Positions 19,747-29,514 of a stretch of 64,000 nt of DNA are shown here, in pieces. The position numbers were made by a program, and so were the translations under genes. The stretch's first letter is position 1. Each line of letters opens with the position of its first letter. This DNA comes from a virus (Duplodnaviria; Heunggongvirae; Uroviricota; Caudoviricetes). The stretch covers positions 250,380 to 314,379 of IMG/VR virus record IMGVR_UViG_2974588491_000001, one strand, 5' to 3'. A model generated the notes under the pieces. That model searched no databases and had not been told where the DNA came from. It saw only the letters and a program-made list of their open reading frames with translations.

Positions 19747-21011
19747 TGGGTTCTTTTAACACAACTTGTGCAGTAAGTCATTCACCCATTCGTGAAGGTG
19801 ATAAAGTACGTTTATTCTTTTTAGTATCACAGCCACACTGGTATAAATTTGATCCACTTCGTCATTCATTGAATCAAGGGTGTCAATGTTATGCATGGGA
19901 TGATTTTAATGTAATTGGCGGCATTTCACTTGAAGCTAAGTATAGTGATTACAATACTTATGAATTCGATGAAGATAGCATTTATGCACGTTACATTCGC
20001 TGGCTTATTCGTTCTAATTACGTTATGAACGTTCCAGAAGAAGGTAAAGAATATAACGAATTCCACGATCACATGAATGTTCCTGTGGAAGATTTAACTT
20101 GGGAAAAGATTTTCGACATGCAACATAGCGGTCGTTTATTTTTACGAGGTTATGGTTCTGGTCCGCTTCCGTTCGTTGGTATTATGGCAATTCATGAATC
20201 TGTATATCAGATTATGTTGAATGAACCATTCGAGGTTTATGTTGGTCGTGAAGACGGCAATGATTATCCTTATAAAATGGTAAGTTTTGAATCAGCACTT
20301 GCTAAAAAGCTTGCGGTTAGTGATCAACAAGAACTTGAAAAATTAGTACAAGAATTTAAAGAGTACTGTAAAGACCAAGATTGGTCTGAAGAAAAGCAGA
20401 ATGAATGTGCATTACGAATGGCACAACACAAAATTGATAGTCGTTCTGAACGGCATCAATTGAATTTTGCATACACGAACGGGGTAACACCATACGCACA
20501 AATTCGTGATCTTTTAGCCTTTAATAATGAAAAAGATGACTCGGATGAAACTAAAATTGATTTTGGTGGTGTAACACTAGATGACATTAAAGCCAAAACC
20601 TTTGAAGGTGAATTCTTCAATCAGCGTTTTGATGAACGTAACTTTATGTATCGTCCTATCATGACTTCTGGACAAGAACATGATTTAGTACGTGATGGTA
20701 TTTTCTGGTCTAAAGTCAGTGCTGCAATTGGTTCTATCGGTTCTGAATGGGAAGAAGAAGAACATGTGGTAACACGTAAGTACTCTAGATCTTGGCAGGA
20801 AGTTACTATTGCTGAGATTATGGAACGATTAACTGATTGGTACGAATCCGATGATGAAGAATTTATTGAACAGAAAAATCTTTTCGATGAACTTCTAAAA
20901 GATAAAGATGTAGTTGTTATTTCAGCAGAAGATTTTGATAAACCAGAATATTCAGCAATTCGTTCCTTAATTTGGAACAAAAGTTTAGACCTGCATATTT
21001 TTGCAAAGTAA
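19746..21011 (+). CDS. conserved phage hypothetical protein
   Basis: 421 aa, MGSFNTTCAVSHSPI. Confidence 0.75.
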   Translation: MGSFNTTCAVSHSPIREGDKVRLFFLVSQPHWYKFDPLRHSLNQGCQCYAWDDFNVIGGISLEAKYSDYNTYEFDEDSIYARYIRWLIRSNYVMNVPEEGKEYNEFHDHMNVPVEDLTWEKIFDMQHSGRLFLRGYGSGPLPFVGIMAIHESVYQIMLNEPFEVYVGREDGNDYPYKMVSFESALAKKLAVSDQQELEKLVQEFKEYCKDQDWSEEKQNECALRMAQHKIDSRSERHQLNFAYTNGVTPYAQIRDLLAFNNEKDDSDETKIDFGGVTLDDIKAKTFEGEFFNQRFDERNFMYRPIMTSGQEHDLVRDGIFWSKVSAAIGSIGSEWEEEEHVVTRKYSRSWQEVTIAEIMERLTDWYESDDEEFIEQKNLFDELLKDKDVVVISAEDFDKPEYSAIRSLIWNKSLDLHIFAK

Positions 21012-21050
21012 CAAAGAAACAAATTTCTATAAACAAACAAAAGGTACAAG

Positions 21051-22241
21051 ATGTATAATCAAAGCGGTGACGTAATCACGATTGCTCGTGAATTTGGTAA
21101 TAAAATTGAGAAGATTCCAGCAGGTACTTATACTGTTGAACAGAATCCTCAAACGGGGCAGTACTATCTTCTATCTTCAGCACCTTTCACACGTCCAGAG
21201 AAAGTGTACGGTGAAATGGCTTCACGTAACGAGAAAGTAATTAATACTTATCTAAAACGTGAAGGTAAAAACACTGGCGTACTACTAAGTGGTACTAAAG
21301 GTGCTGGTAAAACTCAACTAGCAAAAGATGTAAGTATTGCTCTTGCTGGTATGGGTATTCCAACCATCATTATTCAGAACTGCTACACTGATGGTGGATT
21401 TATTAACTTCATCAAAGATATTAAAGACAAAGCTCTTATTCTTTTTGATGAGTTCGAAAAGGTTTATTCTGAGCGTGAGCATCAGGAAGCAATTCTAACG
21501 CTACTGGATGGTACTGGTTCGTACAATAAATTGTACATTCTAACCTCTAACAACCGTAACGTTTCTGAATTCCTACGTAACCGTCCTAGCCGTATCTTCT
21601 ACCATTTCGAGTACAAGAAACTTGCTAAACAAGTTATGTTTGATCTTCTGAACGACAAACTAGTGAACAAGTCGTTCATCCCACAGTTTGATACACTATG
21701 GGAAGTTGCGGAAACTATCAGTTTCGATATGATTCAGTGTCTAATCGAAGAACTGAACCGTTACCCAACTCAGACTTTCACTGAAACATTCCGTGAATTG
21801 AATGTTGAAGTTGAAACTCGTGAAGGTAACTCTTTCGCACTAACTGAGTTCACTATCGATGGTCAAGAGATCAAGTTCGATGCGAAGTACACCAACCGCT
21901 TCACTGCGTTCTCATTCATGTCTAAGTACGATTGTCTACGTGCGTATATCTACGCAGACGAAGGTACTCGTGAGAAAGAACTTCTAGCAATCGGTGCACG
22001 TGTATACGACATGGATTGGGAAGATGATGAAGTCGCCGCAGAAAGTGACTCTGAATCTGAAGAAGCAGTAGCACTTCGCGAGATTCAGTACTTCTTGAAC
22101 CTAGAGTTCGACAAGGCTGATACTGTTGTTAACAGTACTAGCATCACCATTAATCGTGCATTCGGTGAACATCGGGTTCATGCGAAATTCTCGAAAGTGG
22201 ATGCTCCAGACGTGATCGAAACCATGTTCGATGGTAAATAA
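21051..22241 (+). CDS. AAA+ ATPase
   Basis: Walker A GTKGAGKT, Walker B ILFDEFEK, LRNRPSRI. Confidence 0.88.
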   Translation: MYNQSGDVITIAREFGNKIEKIPAGTYTVEQNPQTGQYYLLSSAPFTRPEKVYGEMASRNEKVINTYLKREGKNTGVLLSGTKGAGKTQLAKDVSIALAGMGIPTIIIQNCYTDGGFINFIKDIKDKALILFDEFEKVYSEREHQEAILTLLDGTGSYNKLYILTSNNRNVSEFLRNRPSRIFYHFEYKKLAKQVMFDLLNDKLVNKSFIPQFDTLWEVAETISFDMIQCLIEELNRYPTQTFTETFRELNVEVETREGNSFALTEFTIDGQEIKFDAKYTNRFTAFSFMSKYDCLRAYIYADEGTREKELLAIGARVYDMDWEDDEVAAESDSESEEAVALREIQYFLNLEFDKADTVVNSTSITINRAFGEHRVHAKFSKVDAPDVIETMFDGK

Positions 22242-22295
22242 ATAAGAACAGAGAGAGGACTTTGTTAGTACTTGTACTTCCCCCTCTCTCGATTT

Positions 22296-22370
22296 GGGAG
22301 TATCGTATATCGGCTATTATGTTCGGTTCCAACCCGAAAGAGCAGGGTTCAACTCCTTGTGCTCCCGCCA
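22296..22370 (+). tRNA. tRNA-Trp(CCA)
   Basis: stem TTCGG/CCGAA, loop TTCCAAC, G73, CCA. Confidence 0.85.
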
Positions 22371-22437
22371 AATAAATTTGACTTCCCATGACAGTGCGTG
22401 TAGAATAGCCCTATCTTAAAAGTTAGGGTTTTATTCT

Positions 22438-22911
22438 ATGAAATTGCTCACGAAGGACGGACATAAAGTTTACTACAGCCAGTACCATCTGAAAGTACAC
22501 GCAGATGTTATTGAGTACTTAGAAGAAGCTATGAGCAAAATTGACAGTAAAGATGAATCATTCATTAAAGTAGCTGTTGATTTCAATAAAACCATCGGTC
22601 ATAGTACTTGTGTTAAAGTACAAGACGGTGATAAATTCCGTTATGCTAAACGTTTAGGTAGGAAATATCCAACACGCTTCGTAATGAATCGTGAACCTGA
22701 ACCGTGTAGTACTGTAACTGTTATTATGAAACGTACACCTAATAGTGATAAGTATGGATACTCTTTACTTACTGCTTATATCGGTGGATTAGCAACTAAA
22801 GAAGTACACGATCCTAAATTAGAATATGAAGAAGCTCATGAAGCAAATGAGTTCTGGAGTAAACATGCTTTAATTTGGGATGAAACGATATTAGAAAAAG
22901 AAGACGCTTAG
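22438..22911 (+). CDS. hypothetical protein
   Basis: ORF track; TAG stop inside terminator hairpin. Confidence 0.7.
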   Translation: MKLLTKDGHKVYYSQYHLKVHADVIEYLEEAMSKIDSKDESFIKVAVDFNKTIGHSTCVKVQDGDKFRYAKRLGRKYPTRFVMNREPEPCSTVTVIMKRTPNSDKYGYSLLTAYIGGLATKEVHDPKLEYEEAHEANEFWSKHALIWDETILEKEDA

Positions 22912-22934
22912 AGCGTCTTTTTTATTGGGATAGT

Positions 22935-23267
22935 ATGACAGTACAAGAATTAATTGAAGAACTTCTAAGATACAATTTAGAAGACGAAGTTGTAATTGGT
23001 GCGAGTTATACCTTTATTACAGCAGGCCAAAGACCAAGTACTAATGTTATAGGTACACAGAAAGGGTTTGATTGGGATAGAGGAAAAATATTCATCAGAA
23101 CTGAGCCGCATTTAGTACAACTAAATAACTACCAATATGGTGAGTTCTGTAAAGAAATTAGAGAACATGACTGGATTAGAAGTGATATACATCGTGGTAT
23201 AAAACCTCGTGGTGTAATTCCTCCAATGTTTAATCCTACAGCACCAGAAAATAAAACTGAGGAATAA
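22935..23267 (+). CDS. hypothetical protein
   Basis: ORF track. Confidence 0.65.
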   Translation: MTVQELIEELLRYNLEDEVVIGASYTFITAGQRPSTNVIGTQKGFDWDRGKIFIRTEPHLVQLNNYQYGEFCKEIREHDWIRSDIHRGIKPRGVIPPMFNPTAPENKTEE

Positions 23268-23270
23268 CCT

Positions 23271-23858
23271 ATGCCATATGGCTATTGCCCTTATTGTGGT
23301 GGTGAAGGTGTTACTGCTGCCCGTAATCCAGTTGGTCCAACCTATTGCGAAAACGGTCATGAATATCCGCATATGATGCGACAACCTACACCTAATCCAT
23401 TACCAGTACTAGCAGGTACTAAACGCTCTCTCCGTATCTATGTTGATATGGATGGTGTGATTGCAGACTTTGAAAAGAATCTTAATGGTCGTAATCCTAA
23501 AGCTGTAAAATTGATGCCTGGTACATATATTCGTTTAGACCCAATTCCTGGGGCTATTGAAGCGGTACGTAAACTTATTGCAATGGGTCATGATGTTTGG
23601 ATTGCTACAAAAACTCCAACACATAACTTACTTGCGGATTCGGAAAAGAAACACTGGATTAGTGAACATATTCCAGAGTTACTTCCGAAAACCATCATTA
23701 CTCCAGACAAAGGTTGTTTGCGTGGTGATGTACTAATTGATGATCGCAAGCATAAAGCAAATTGCGAATCATTTGAAGGACACTTTATTCATTATGGAAC
23801 AGAAGAATTTCCATCATGGGATGAAGTACTAAAATATATTGAGGAAATAGAATGTTAA
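23271..23858 (+). CDS. HAD-family 5'(3')-deoxyribonucleotidase with N-terminal zinc ribbon
   Basis: IYVDMDGVIADF, IATK, DVLIDDR; N-terminal CPYC..CENGH. Confidence 0.85.
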   Translation: MPYGYCPYCGGEGVTAARNPVGPTYCENGHEYPHMMRQPTPNPLPVLAGTKRSLRIYVDMDGVIADFEKNLNGRNPKAVKLMPGTYIRLDPIPGAIEAVRKLIAMGHDVWIATKTPTHNLLADSEKKHWISEHIPELLPKTIITPDKGCLRGDVLIDDRKHKANCESFEGHFIHYGTEEFPSWDEVLKYIEEIEC

Positions 23859-24406
23859 AAGAAGTACAGGACGTAATTAAACGCATTGAAGCATTTTTAG
23901 CTGAAAAAGAAAATTTCGAAACCGTTGTTGAACAAGATGGTCTAGCAATTCGGGTATTTCCTCGTGATGCTGAACCTTCAGTTTATCATGGTTATGAACT
24001 ATTCCTAATGGAAAAAGTAGTACAGAAACTTGGTCATACTCTGGACTTTAAACTATCTAAAGATGATGAAGGTATTGAACGCTTTATCGTAACAACTGAA
24101 GCTAACTTTAATCTAATGTCTTATATTCGCAGTACTAACGAATCACTTGCGGCTGCTTGTGCACAAAGCGATGAACTAAGTACTATTTTCCTATGTGAAA
24201 AACTAACTGAAGATTCACGTGGTGAATTTACTATTCTAACTGGTTATTCTAACGGTACTTGGACACGTTGCGACATTACTAAAGCTGAACTGCTTTATGC
24301 TGCAACTCATGACCTTGCTATTACACAGAACGAAAATGGTATCTTCTGGTACGAAGACCTAATCACTATGAATAACTCTCTTTTTGATGAAATCGAAGCA
24401 GAGTAA
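23852..24406 (+). CDS. hypothetical protein
   Basis: ORF track. Confidence 0.7.
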   Translation: MLKEVQDVIKRIEAFLAEKENFETVVEQDGLAIRVFPRDAEPSVYHGYELFLMEKVVQKLGHTLDFKLSKDDEGIERFIVTTEANFNLMSYIRSTNESLAAACAQSDELSTIFLCEKLTEDSRGEFTILTGYSNGTWTRCDITKAELLYAATHDLAITQNENGIFWYEDLITMNNSLFDEIEAE

Positions 24407-24457
24407 TTCAATACAATATGAGTGGTTCAAAAAATCACTCATTTTTAAGTAAGAAAA

Positions 24458-24487
24458 ATGAAACGACAAAATTTTTTGTGATATAAT
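24458..24487 (+). promoter_or_regulatory. WTGAAAC-class promoter
   Basis: ATGAAACG...TGTGATATAAT, 18-nt spacer. Confidence 0.7.
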
Positions 24488-24528
24488 ATACACATGAACA
24501 GAATGAGACAGATTGGAGAATCAGCAGA

Positions 24529-25107
24529 ATGAAATTAACACTACGTAAAGCACATCGTTTAGTAAAAGAATTACAACAAAAAGCAGCAGTACGTTTCGCT
24601 GCAAAAGCAATTCATCATTCTGCAACGGATGAAGAAGTACTAGAAACTATCGCAGCAGTGAACAGCGAAAGTTTCAAAGCTGTTGAAACAGCACTTGCTG
24701 TACAAGATGCAATTTACGAAATTCGTAAAGCTCTACAGGAAGCAAATTCCAAAGAAGTTGATGGTAACTCCATTGATTCTCTACTGAATCAGAAGGTTCT
24801 GGTAGAAGCTCGTATGAAAGTACTTGCTGTCTTCCGTGAGAAGTCTAAATCCACCGATGAAGAAACGCAAAACCGCATTCTTCGTGAAGTGCAAGACAAT
24901 CATACCAGTACTTCTGAGTACCGTAACACTTACACACAAGTAAGTGGGCTATCAGCAGTAATGCATGATAATCTGAACAGTCTGTACATTCAGATGAAAC
25001 AAGAACAAGAAAGTGTAAGCGATAAACTTGCTTACATCAACAACAAACTTGAAATCGAAATTGATGACAAGTTCGCAGAATTGTTTAAAGAACTTCAGGT
25101 TCTTTAA
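24529..25107 (+). CDS. coiled-coil hypothetical protein (MKLTLRKA family)
   Basis: ORF track, GGAG RBS. Confidence 0.75.
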   Translation: MKLTLRKAHRLVKELQQKAAVRFAAKAIHHSATDEEVLETIAAVNSESFKAVETALAVQDAIYEIRKALQEANSKEVDGNSIDSLLNQKVLVEARMKVLAVFREKSKSTDEETQNRILREVQDNHTSTSEYRNTYTQVSGLSAVMHDNLNSLYIQMKQEQESVSDKLAYINNKLEIEIDDKFAELFKELQVL

Positions 25108-25439
25108 TAACTGAACACTGCTCCTTGAAGTGTGTTTACAATGGAGATAGGTGAGTAATTTAGATTAACTCACTCCCTAACTCCCCTTGCTAAAGAAGCA
25201 CATCGCCTACAAAGCGATGCTCTTATCTTCGTATGAAGAATGGTCAATTACAATTTATGTAATCTACTATTGAAAGAGTTTGCTCCATTTATACTGAACA
25301 GATATTATATCTTGCTTGGTTGTGGAAATGGCTTAACTCGATTGTGTGGTTGCTTGTTTGTATGGTTGCCTGGTTGCTTCGCTTCTTTAGCACAATCTTT
25401 TTACTATGTTTTTATATTGTTAAATAAAAATGTAGTACT

Positions 25440-25515
25440 GCTTCTATCGTATAATGGCTTATTACTTTGGCTTTGTAACCCAAAAATCTGCGTTCGATTC
25501 GCAGTGGAAGCACAA
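25440..25515 (+). tRNA. tRNA-Thr(TGT)
   Basis: acceptor GCTTCTA/TGGAAGC, loop TTTGTAA (31-39 mismatch), T-arm CTGCG-TTCGATT-CGCAG, ends CAA. Confidence 0.75.
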
Positions 25516-25543
25516 AAATAATCATATTATAAGGATGTAATAA

Positions 25544-25657
25544 GATGGTGATGCAGAAAATAATTCCCCATCTAATCTAAAAATACTTTGCCCGAATTGT
25601 CATTCAATGACACCGACATTTAGGGCAAGAAATAAAAACTCTAAAAGAAAAAGATAA
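25544..25657 (+). pseudogene. HNH endonuclease remnant
   Basis: in-frame DGDAENNSPSNLKILCPNCHSMTPTFRARN with no start or N-terminus. Confidence 0.65.
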
Positions 25658-25983
25658 TGACTGAAGAACAAATTAAAGAAATATCAGAATTAATTCCAAC
25701 CGTTTATCATGAACTGTTTTCCAGTAAAGAAGATATTGCTAATCGGTTTGAAATCCCATTGAGTGATATTGAAGATTTAGAAATTCTTTATGCATTTTAT
25801 GAGTATGAAGATTATTCCGGTTCTGCAACTGTATTCTATTATGATCCTAAAGACAATACTTACTATGAAGTTCGTGGTGGTCATTGTTCTTGTTACGGTC
25901 TAGAAGGTCAGTGGGACCCAGAAGAAATTGGTTATTTCAGTACTTTTATTGAATACGTACAGCGTGTAAATTACAAGTACTAA
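25657..25983 (+). CDS. hypothetical protein
   Basis: YEYEDYSG...GGHCSCYGLEGQW. Confidence 0.75.
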   Translation: MTEEQIKEISELIPTVYHELFSSKEDIANRFEIPLSDIEDLEILYAFYEYEDYSGSATVFYYDPKDNTYYEVRGGHCSCYGLEGQWDPEEIGYFSTFIEYVQRVNYKY

Positions 25984-26168
25984 AGAATTCCCTGTAGGTT
26001 AGGGTATGCTGCAATAGGTTTTCTGTTGCGGATTAGACAAGTCATCATTTCTGACTATAACTGAAATTTTTTAAAACGTCATACACAGCACAAGCTGTAT
26101 CGAAGAAATTCTGAGGCCAGTCAGCCAAGAAACAGAATGACATAAGAAAAGTACTTCGGTGCTTTTAT

Positions 26169-26292
26169 CGGGAATTGGTGTAATGGCAGCACAACGTTAT
26201 AACATAGATTCTTGTATATAGGAATTTCACAGCAACCAATACAATTGCATAGGGAGCCGTGAGATGAGGTTCGATTCCTTGATTCCCGACTA
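26169..26292 (+). tRNA. intron-containing tRNA-Pro(AGG)
   Basis: C1-G72, A73; removing 26197-26246 gives ACGGC-ATAGGGA-GCCGT. Confidence 0.7.
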
Positions 26293-26300
26293 ATTAACTA

Positions 26301-26323
26301 AACCAGCTTTATGCTGGTTTTTT
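26301..26323 (+). terminator. intrinsic terminator
   Basis: AACCAGC-TTTAT-GCTGGTT + T run. Confidence 0.75.
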
Positions 26324-26490
26324 CATTTCTGAGGTCATACCATGAAGATATTAAAAGTACACAAAAGTATCGGATATTCAATTTTGCCGTTTAAGCAGAA
26401 TCCTACTTATGGTCGTTGCTCCACTTGCGGAAGATATGATAATGATGGTGGTCCATTATGTGGTAATGTATTTTGCCCAGGAGGGAACTG

Positions 26491-26745
26491 ATGAATCCTA
26501 ATGATTTAAACAATTCTGAAAATTTTACATGGTGTTATACTTGGTCAGACCTTCGTGAGAATTATGATAAAGTAAAACTAGTTAATCCAGAATTCATTGA
26601 ACTGTATGGATTTGCTATTCCAGATGATGTGAAAGTTGGTGATGTTTTTGCAGTCACAGAACTTACTGAAGATGGTGGAACTCGTGTTGACCGTGGATTT
26701 GTTATTCCACGTCAATATCTTGATTACTTTGAGGCTAATTGCTGA
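26491..26745 (+). CDS. hypothetical protein
   Basis: ORF track frame. Confidence 0.6.
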   Translation: MNPNDLNNSENFTWCYTWSDLRENYDKVKLVNPEFIELYGFAIPDDVKVGDVFAVTELTEDGGTRVDRGFVIPRQYLDYFEANC

Positions 26746-27536
26746 TGCACTTTTTGATAATGGATAAGTACTTTAACGAAGATGGATTTCGTATCATGAA
26801 AGAATACATGGTACAGAATAATATTCCTCATACTTCAGTTAAGCCTGTGCCATTTATTAACATATTCGTACCAGAAGACGTTAATGATTATTCTGATTCT
26901 ACATATGAAAAGTACTTCGACAAAAGCATTCCTACTATGTCATTTGGTAGTTATGCATTAGCTCATCAGCTAATTGAAGCCGGTTATACACCTGGTGGAT
27001 ATATTAATGATAATCATAATATTGAAATACAGATGCGTGAATGGGGTTCTGAGAATTTCTTAAATGGTAATTGTATCTTCACTACTATGGGTGAAATTGA
27101 GAATCCTGGTTGGGATAATATTTTCATTCGCCCTGTACATGATACTAAAGTTATGGTTGCTCGTGTAATGGAACAACGTAATTTTAATGCTGAAGTTGAT
27201 GCATTCTTTTCATTCTACGGTGATCCAGAATTTGAAGTACTATTAGCAGAAGCACAAGAAATACTGGCAGAATATCGGTTATTCATTGTTAACGGTAAAG
27301 TTGTATCACATTCTTTATATAAAGTTCGTGGAACATTTTGTATCAATCCTGAAGTGCCAAAAGAAATTATTGATATTGCAGAAGAACTCTGTACTAAATG
27401 GGTTCCAGCCGATGCATTTGTTATGGATTTTGCGGAAACAGATAACGGCTTTAAAGTACTGGAAGTTAATAACATAAATTGTGCTGGATTTTATGCAGCC
27501 AACATACCAGCAATAGTTGAGGCATTCCGTGCGTAA
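26745..27536 (+). CDS. ATP-grasp domain protein (paralog of 18919..19746)
   Basis: FIRPVHDTK, EYRLFIVNGKVVSHSLYK, FVMDFAET..FKVLEVNNINCAGFY. Confidence 0.8.
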   Translation: MHFLIMDKYFNEDGFRIMKEYMVQNNIPHTSVKPVPFINIFVPEDVNDYSDSTYEKYFDKSIPTMSFGSYALAHQLIEAGYTPGGYINDNHNIEIQMREWGSENFLNGNCIFTTMGEIENPGWDNIFIRPVHDTKVMVARVMEQRNFNAEVDAFFSFYGDPEFEVLLAEAQEILAEYRLFIVNGKVVSHSLYKVRGTFCINPEVPKEIIDIAEELCTKWVPADAFVMDFAETDNGFKVLEVNNINCAGFYAANIPAIVEAFRA

Positions 27537-27906
27537 TCATCTTAAAGAATTTCTTGAAAAACATAATACAGTTGCGTATGAATTACAAACTGATGTTAGA
27601 AAAAGTATTGAAGATTTAGAGTTCGTTTATATAAAACTTACGTGTGTATATAATGATTATATGACTCTGCACTATTATACAGATAGTGATAATTTACAAA
27701 TATGGGATGAGATTGATAAATCGGTATACATATATAATGACTTTTCAAAGTTATCTGATGAAGCATACCATTTCCAACAAATGACAGTACTAGACCATAT
27801 CGGATTTGAACATGATGAAGTGCAGCCGATGATGGATATTATAAACCGGATTAAAAGAAAACATGAAACCAAATCTACCAAAAGAACCAGATCCAAGACT
27901 AATTGA
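27517..27906 (+). CDS. TEExxFQxST-motif paralog family protein
   Basis: SDEAYHFQQMTVLD. Confidence 0.55.
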   Translation: MRHSVRNHLKEFLEKHNTVAYELQTDVRKSIEDLEFVYIKLTCVYNDYMTLHYYTDSDNLQIWDEIDKSVYIYNDFSKLSDEAYHFQQMTVLDHIGFEHDEVQPMMDIINRIKRKHETKSTKRTRSKTN

Positions 27907-28324
27907 AAGTATGTGTCTACGTTATGACCATTCTCATGCTATGCGTGTACCACGCTTTAAGAATGGGTCATTTGAAATTGAAACAGAAGAAGAATTTGAA
28001 CGCCGTAGAGATGCAAATCGTCGTGTAATGCGTCAATTGTATGAAGAAGTATCCGGTAACGGTTTCTATCAATATCCAAATCCAAAGGACAAAATGAATA
28101 AATCTATTTGCTTAACTCTACCTGAAGGTGATCAGTCCGACCTTGAAATTGCAGTTTCTCGTTTTATTGAAAGCCTTAATATTGGTTCTGAAGAACCGTG
28201 GGGTGAATGCTATGTACTGCAAGGTAATATCTTACATGGTGTTCAATGGTCATTAACTGAAGATGGTGATTGTGAAATTGGGTGCTCATGGCACGAAAAT
28301 GATAATTACTCTGGAGAAGCATGA
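27863..28324 (+). CDS. hypothetical protein
   Basis: ORF track. Confidence 0.65.
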   Translation: MKPNLPKEPDPRLIESMCLRYDHSHAMRVPRFKNGSFEIETEEEFERRRDANRRVMRQLYEEVSGNGFYQYPNPKDKMNKSICLTLPEGDQSDLEIAVSRFIESLNIGSEEPWGECYVLQGNILHGVQWSLTEDGDCEIGCSWHENDNYSGEA

Positions 28325-28593
28325 TGAGTACTAAAGTAACATTTAAAGTCACTGATGAAGATATGGAATATGCACGTTCTATTTGGGATAGTGCTGATTA
28401 TGTACTTTCTGAAGTGAACCGTATATTAGCTGAACGTGGTATTGATATTAAATTTGATGTTGATAACTGCCATGATGATGAATATCTTGAAGAGTACTGG
28501 AATGAAGAACATCCAGATTATAATCGGGGTATTGTCATTGTAGAAACACCTAACGATGATGAATGCGACTTCATGGACAAATTGATTAAATGA
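28321..28593 (+). CDS. hypothetical protein
   Basis: ORF track. Confidence 0.65.
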   Translation: MMSTKVTFKVTDEDMEYARSIWDSADYVLSEVNRILAERGIDIKFDVDNCHDDEYLEEYWNEEHPDYNRGIVIVETPNDDECDFMDKLIK

Positions 28594-29105
28594 CAAAAAC
28601 TGATCCAAATCTAAATGATGATTTTATCGATTACTTAGCAGATGTATATCCAGATGCAGCCTGGAGTATTACATACATTCACTGGCATGAAAGTGTTGGT
28701 GAATACTGCGTGTATATCGATGACAAATGGCGTGATTATGTTCCAGAAGAATATATCTTCAAAGCAGGGTTCGAACATTATACACGGTGGGTGAACTATT
28801 GGAACAAATATCGTGAACAAGAACTTGAAATGTATCTGGTAGGAAAACATGTTAGAACGCTTATCAAATTTTGTACGGAAAAAGGTACTGTATCATCTGA
28901 TTATTTGGGCTATGTACAGTACTTTATTGATACTATACGGAGTCGGGCGATTACTTCAGAAATGCAGGATTTTGCCTTAACACGAGCTAAAGAGTGGTTA
29001 GAACAAAATGGATACACGGCTGGTGCAGGACTTGTGGTTTCGGAAATTGGAAATAAAAGTGAGCAACATTCTAGGATTCAAAGAACTTCTCGACAAGTTC
29101 TTTAA
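28590..29105 (+). CDS. hypothetical protein
   Basis: ORF track. Confidence 0.65.
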   Translation: MTKTDPNLNDDFIDYLADVYPDAAWSITYIHWHESVGEYCVYIDDKWRDYVPEEYIFKAGFEHYTRWVNYWNKYREQELEMYLVGKHVRTLIKFCTEKGTVSSDYLGYVQYFIDTIRSRAITSEMQDFALTRAKEWLEQNGYTAGAGLVVSEIGNKSEQHSRIQRTSRQVL

Positions 29106-29514
29106 ACATGATGCAGTACTTCGAAAAACAGTGAATCGTTCAACTGCTTGTTATTTCAAATTCGGAGTACAGGAACATTTGGAAGTAAAAATTACTGAAC
29201 ATGGGCTTGTTGAATTTAAATATAAGCCTAATGTGTATGATCACTATCATCTGAATTATGATATTAAAAATGATTCACTAATTCGATATAAAACATCTGT
29301 ATCATATGCGGGTCAAAATCATAATCGTGCTGCCCCGCAAAATGAGTTAGTACTAAGAAACTTAAAACGTCTTTGTACTGAAGAAGGATTTTTTCAAGAA
29401 ATGACACGTCAGGACTTGACAAATCTAGAAGAAGCTGATATTATACGTTTCTTAGATTTGGTAGATAAGATTATAAAAATCAGGAACGAAGCAAATGACA
29501 AAGCCAGTACTTGA
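29008..29514 (+). CDS. hypothetical protein (TEExxFQ-like motif)
   Basis: TEEGFFQEMTRQDL. Confidence 0.6.
   Translation: MDTRLVQDLWFRKLEIKVSNILGFKELLDKFFKHDAVLRKTVNRSTACYFKFGVQEHLEVKITEHGLVEFKYKPNVYDHYHLNYDIKNDSLIRYKTSVSYAGQNHNRAAPQNELVLRNLKRLCTEEGFFQEMTRQDLTNLEEADIIRFLDLVDKIIKIRNEANDKAST

Noticed and set aside
25240-25521. 93-aa ORF after the MKLTLRKA gene
   Set aside because: Overlaps tRNA-Thr, has an atypical Leu/Cys/Phe-rich composition arising from the GU-rich tract, and has no clear RBS.
26245-26251. TTGCATA read as a Cys(GCA) anticodon loop in the 26169 and 52282 units
   Set aside because: Out of register with the 3' anticodon-stem strand; the AGG register gives a perfect stem and Pro identity elements.
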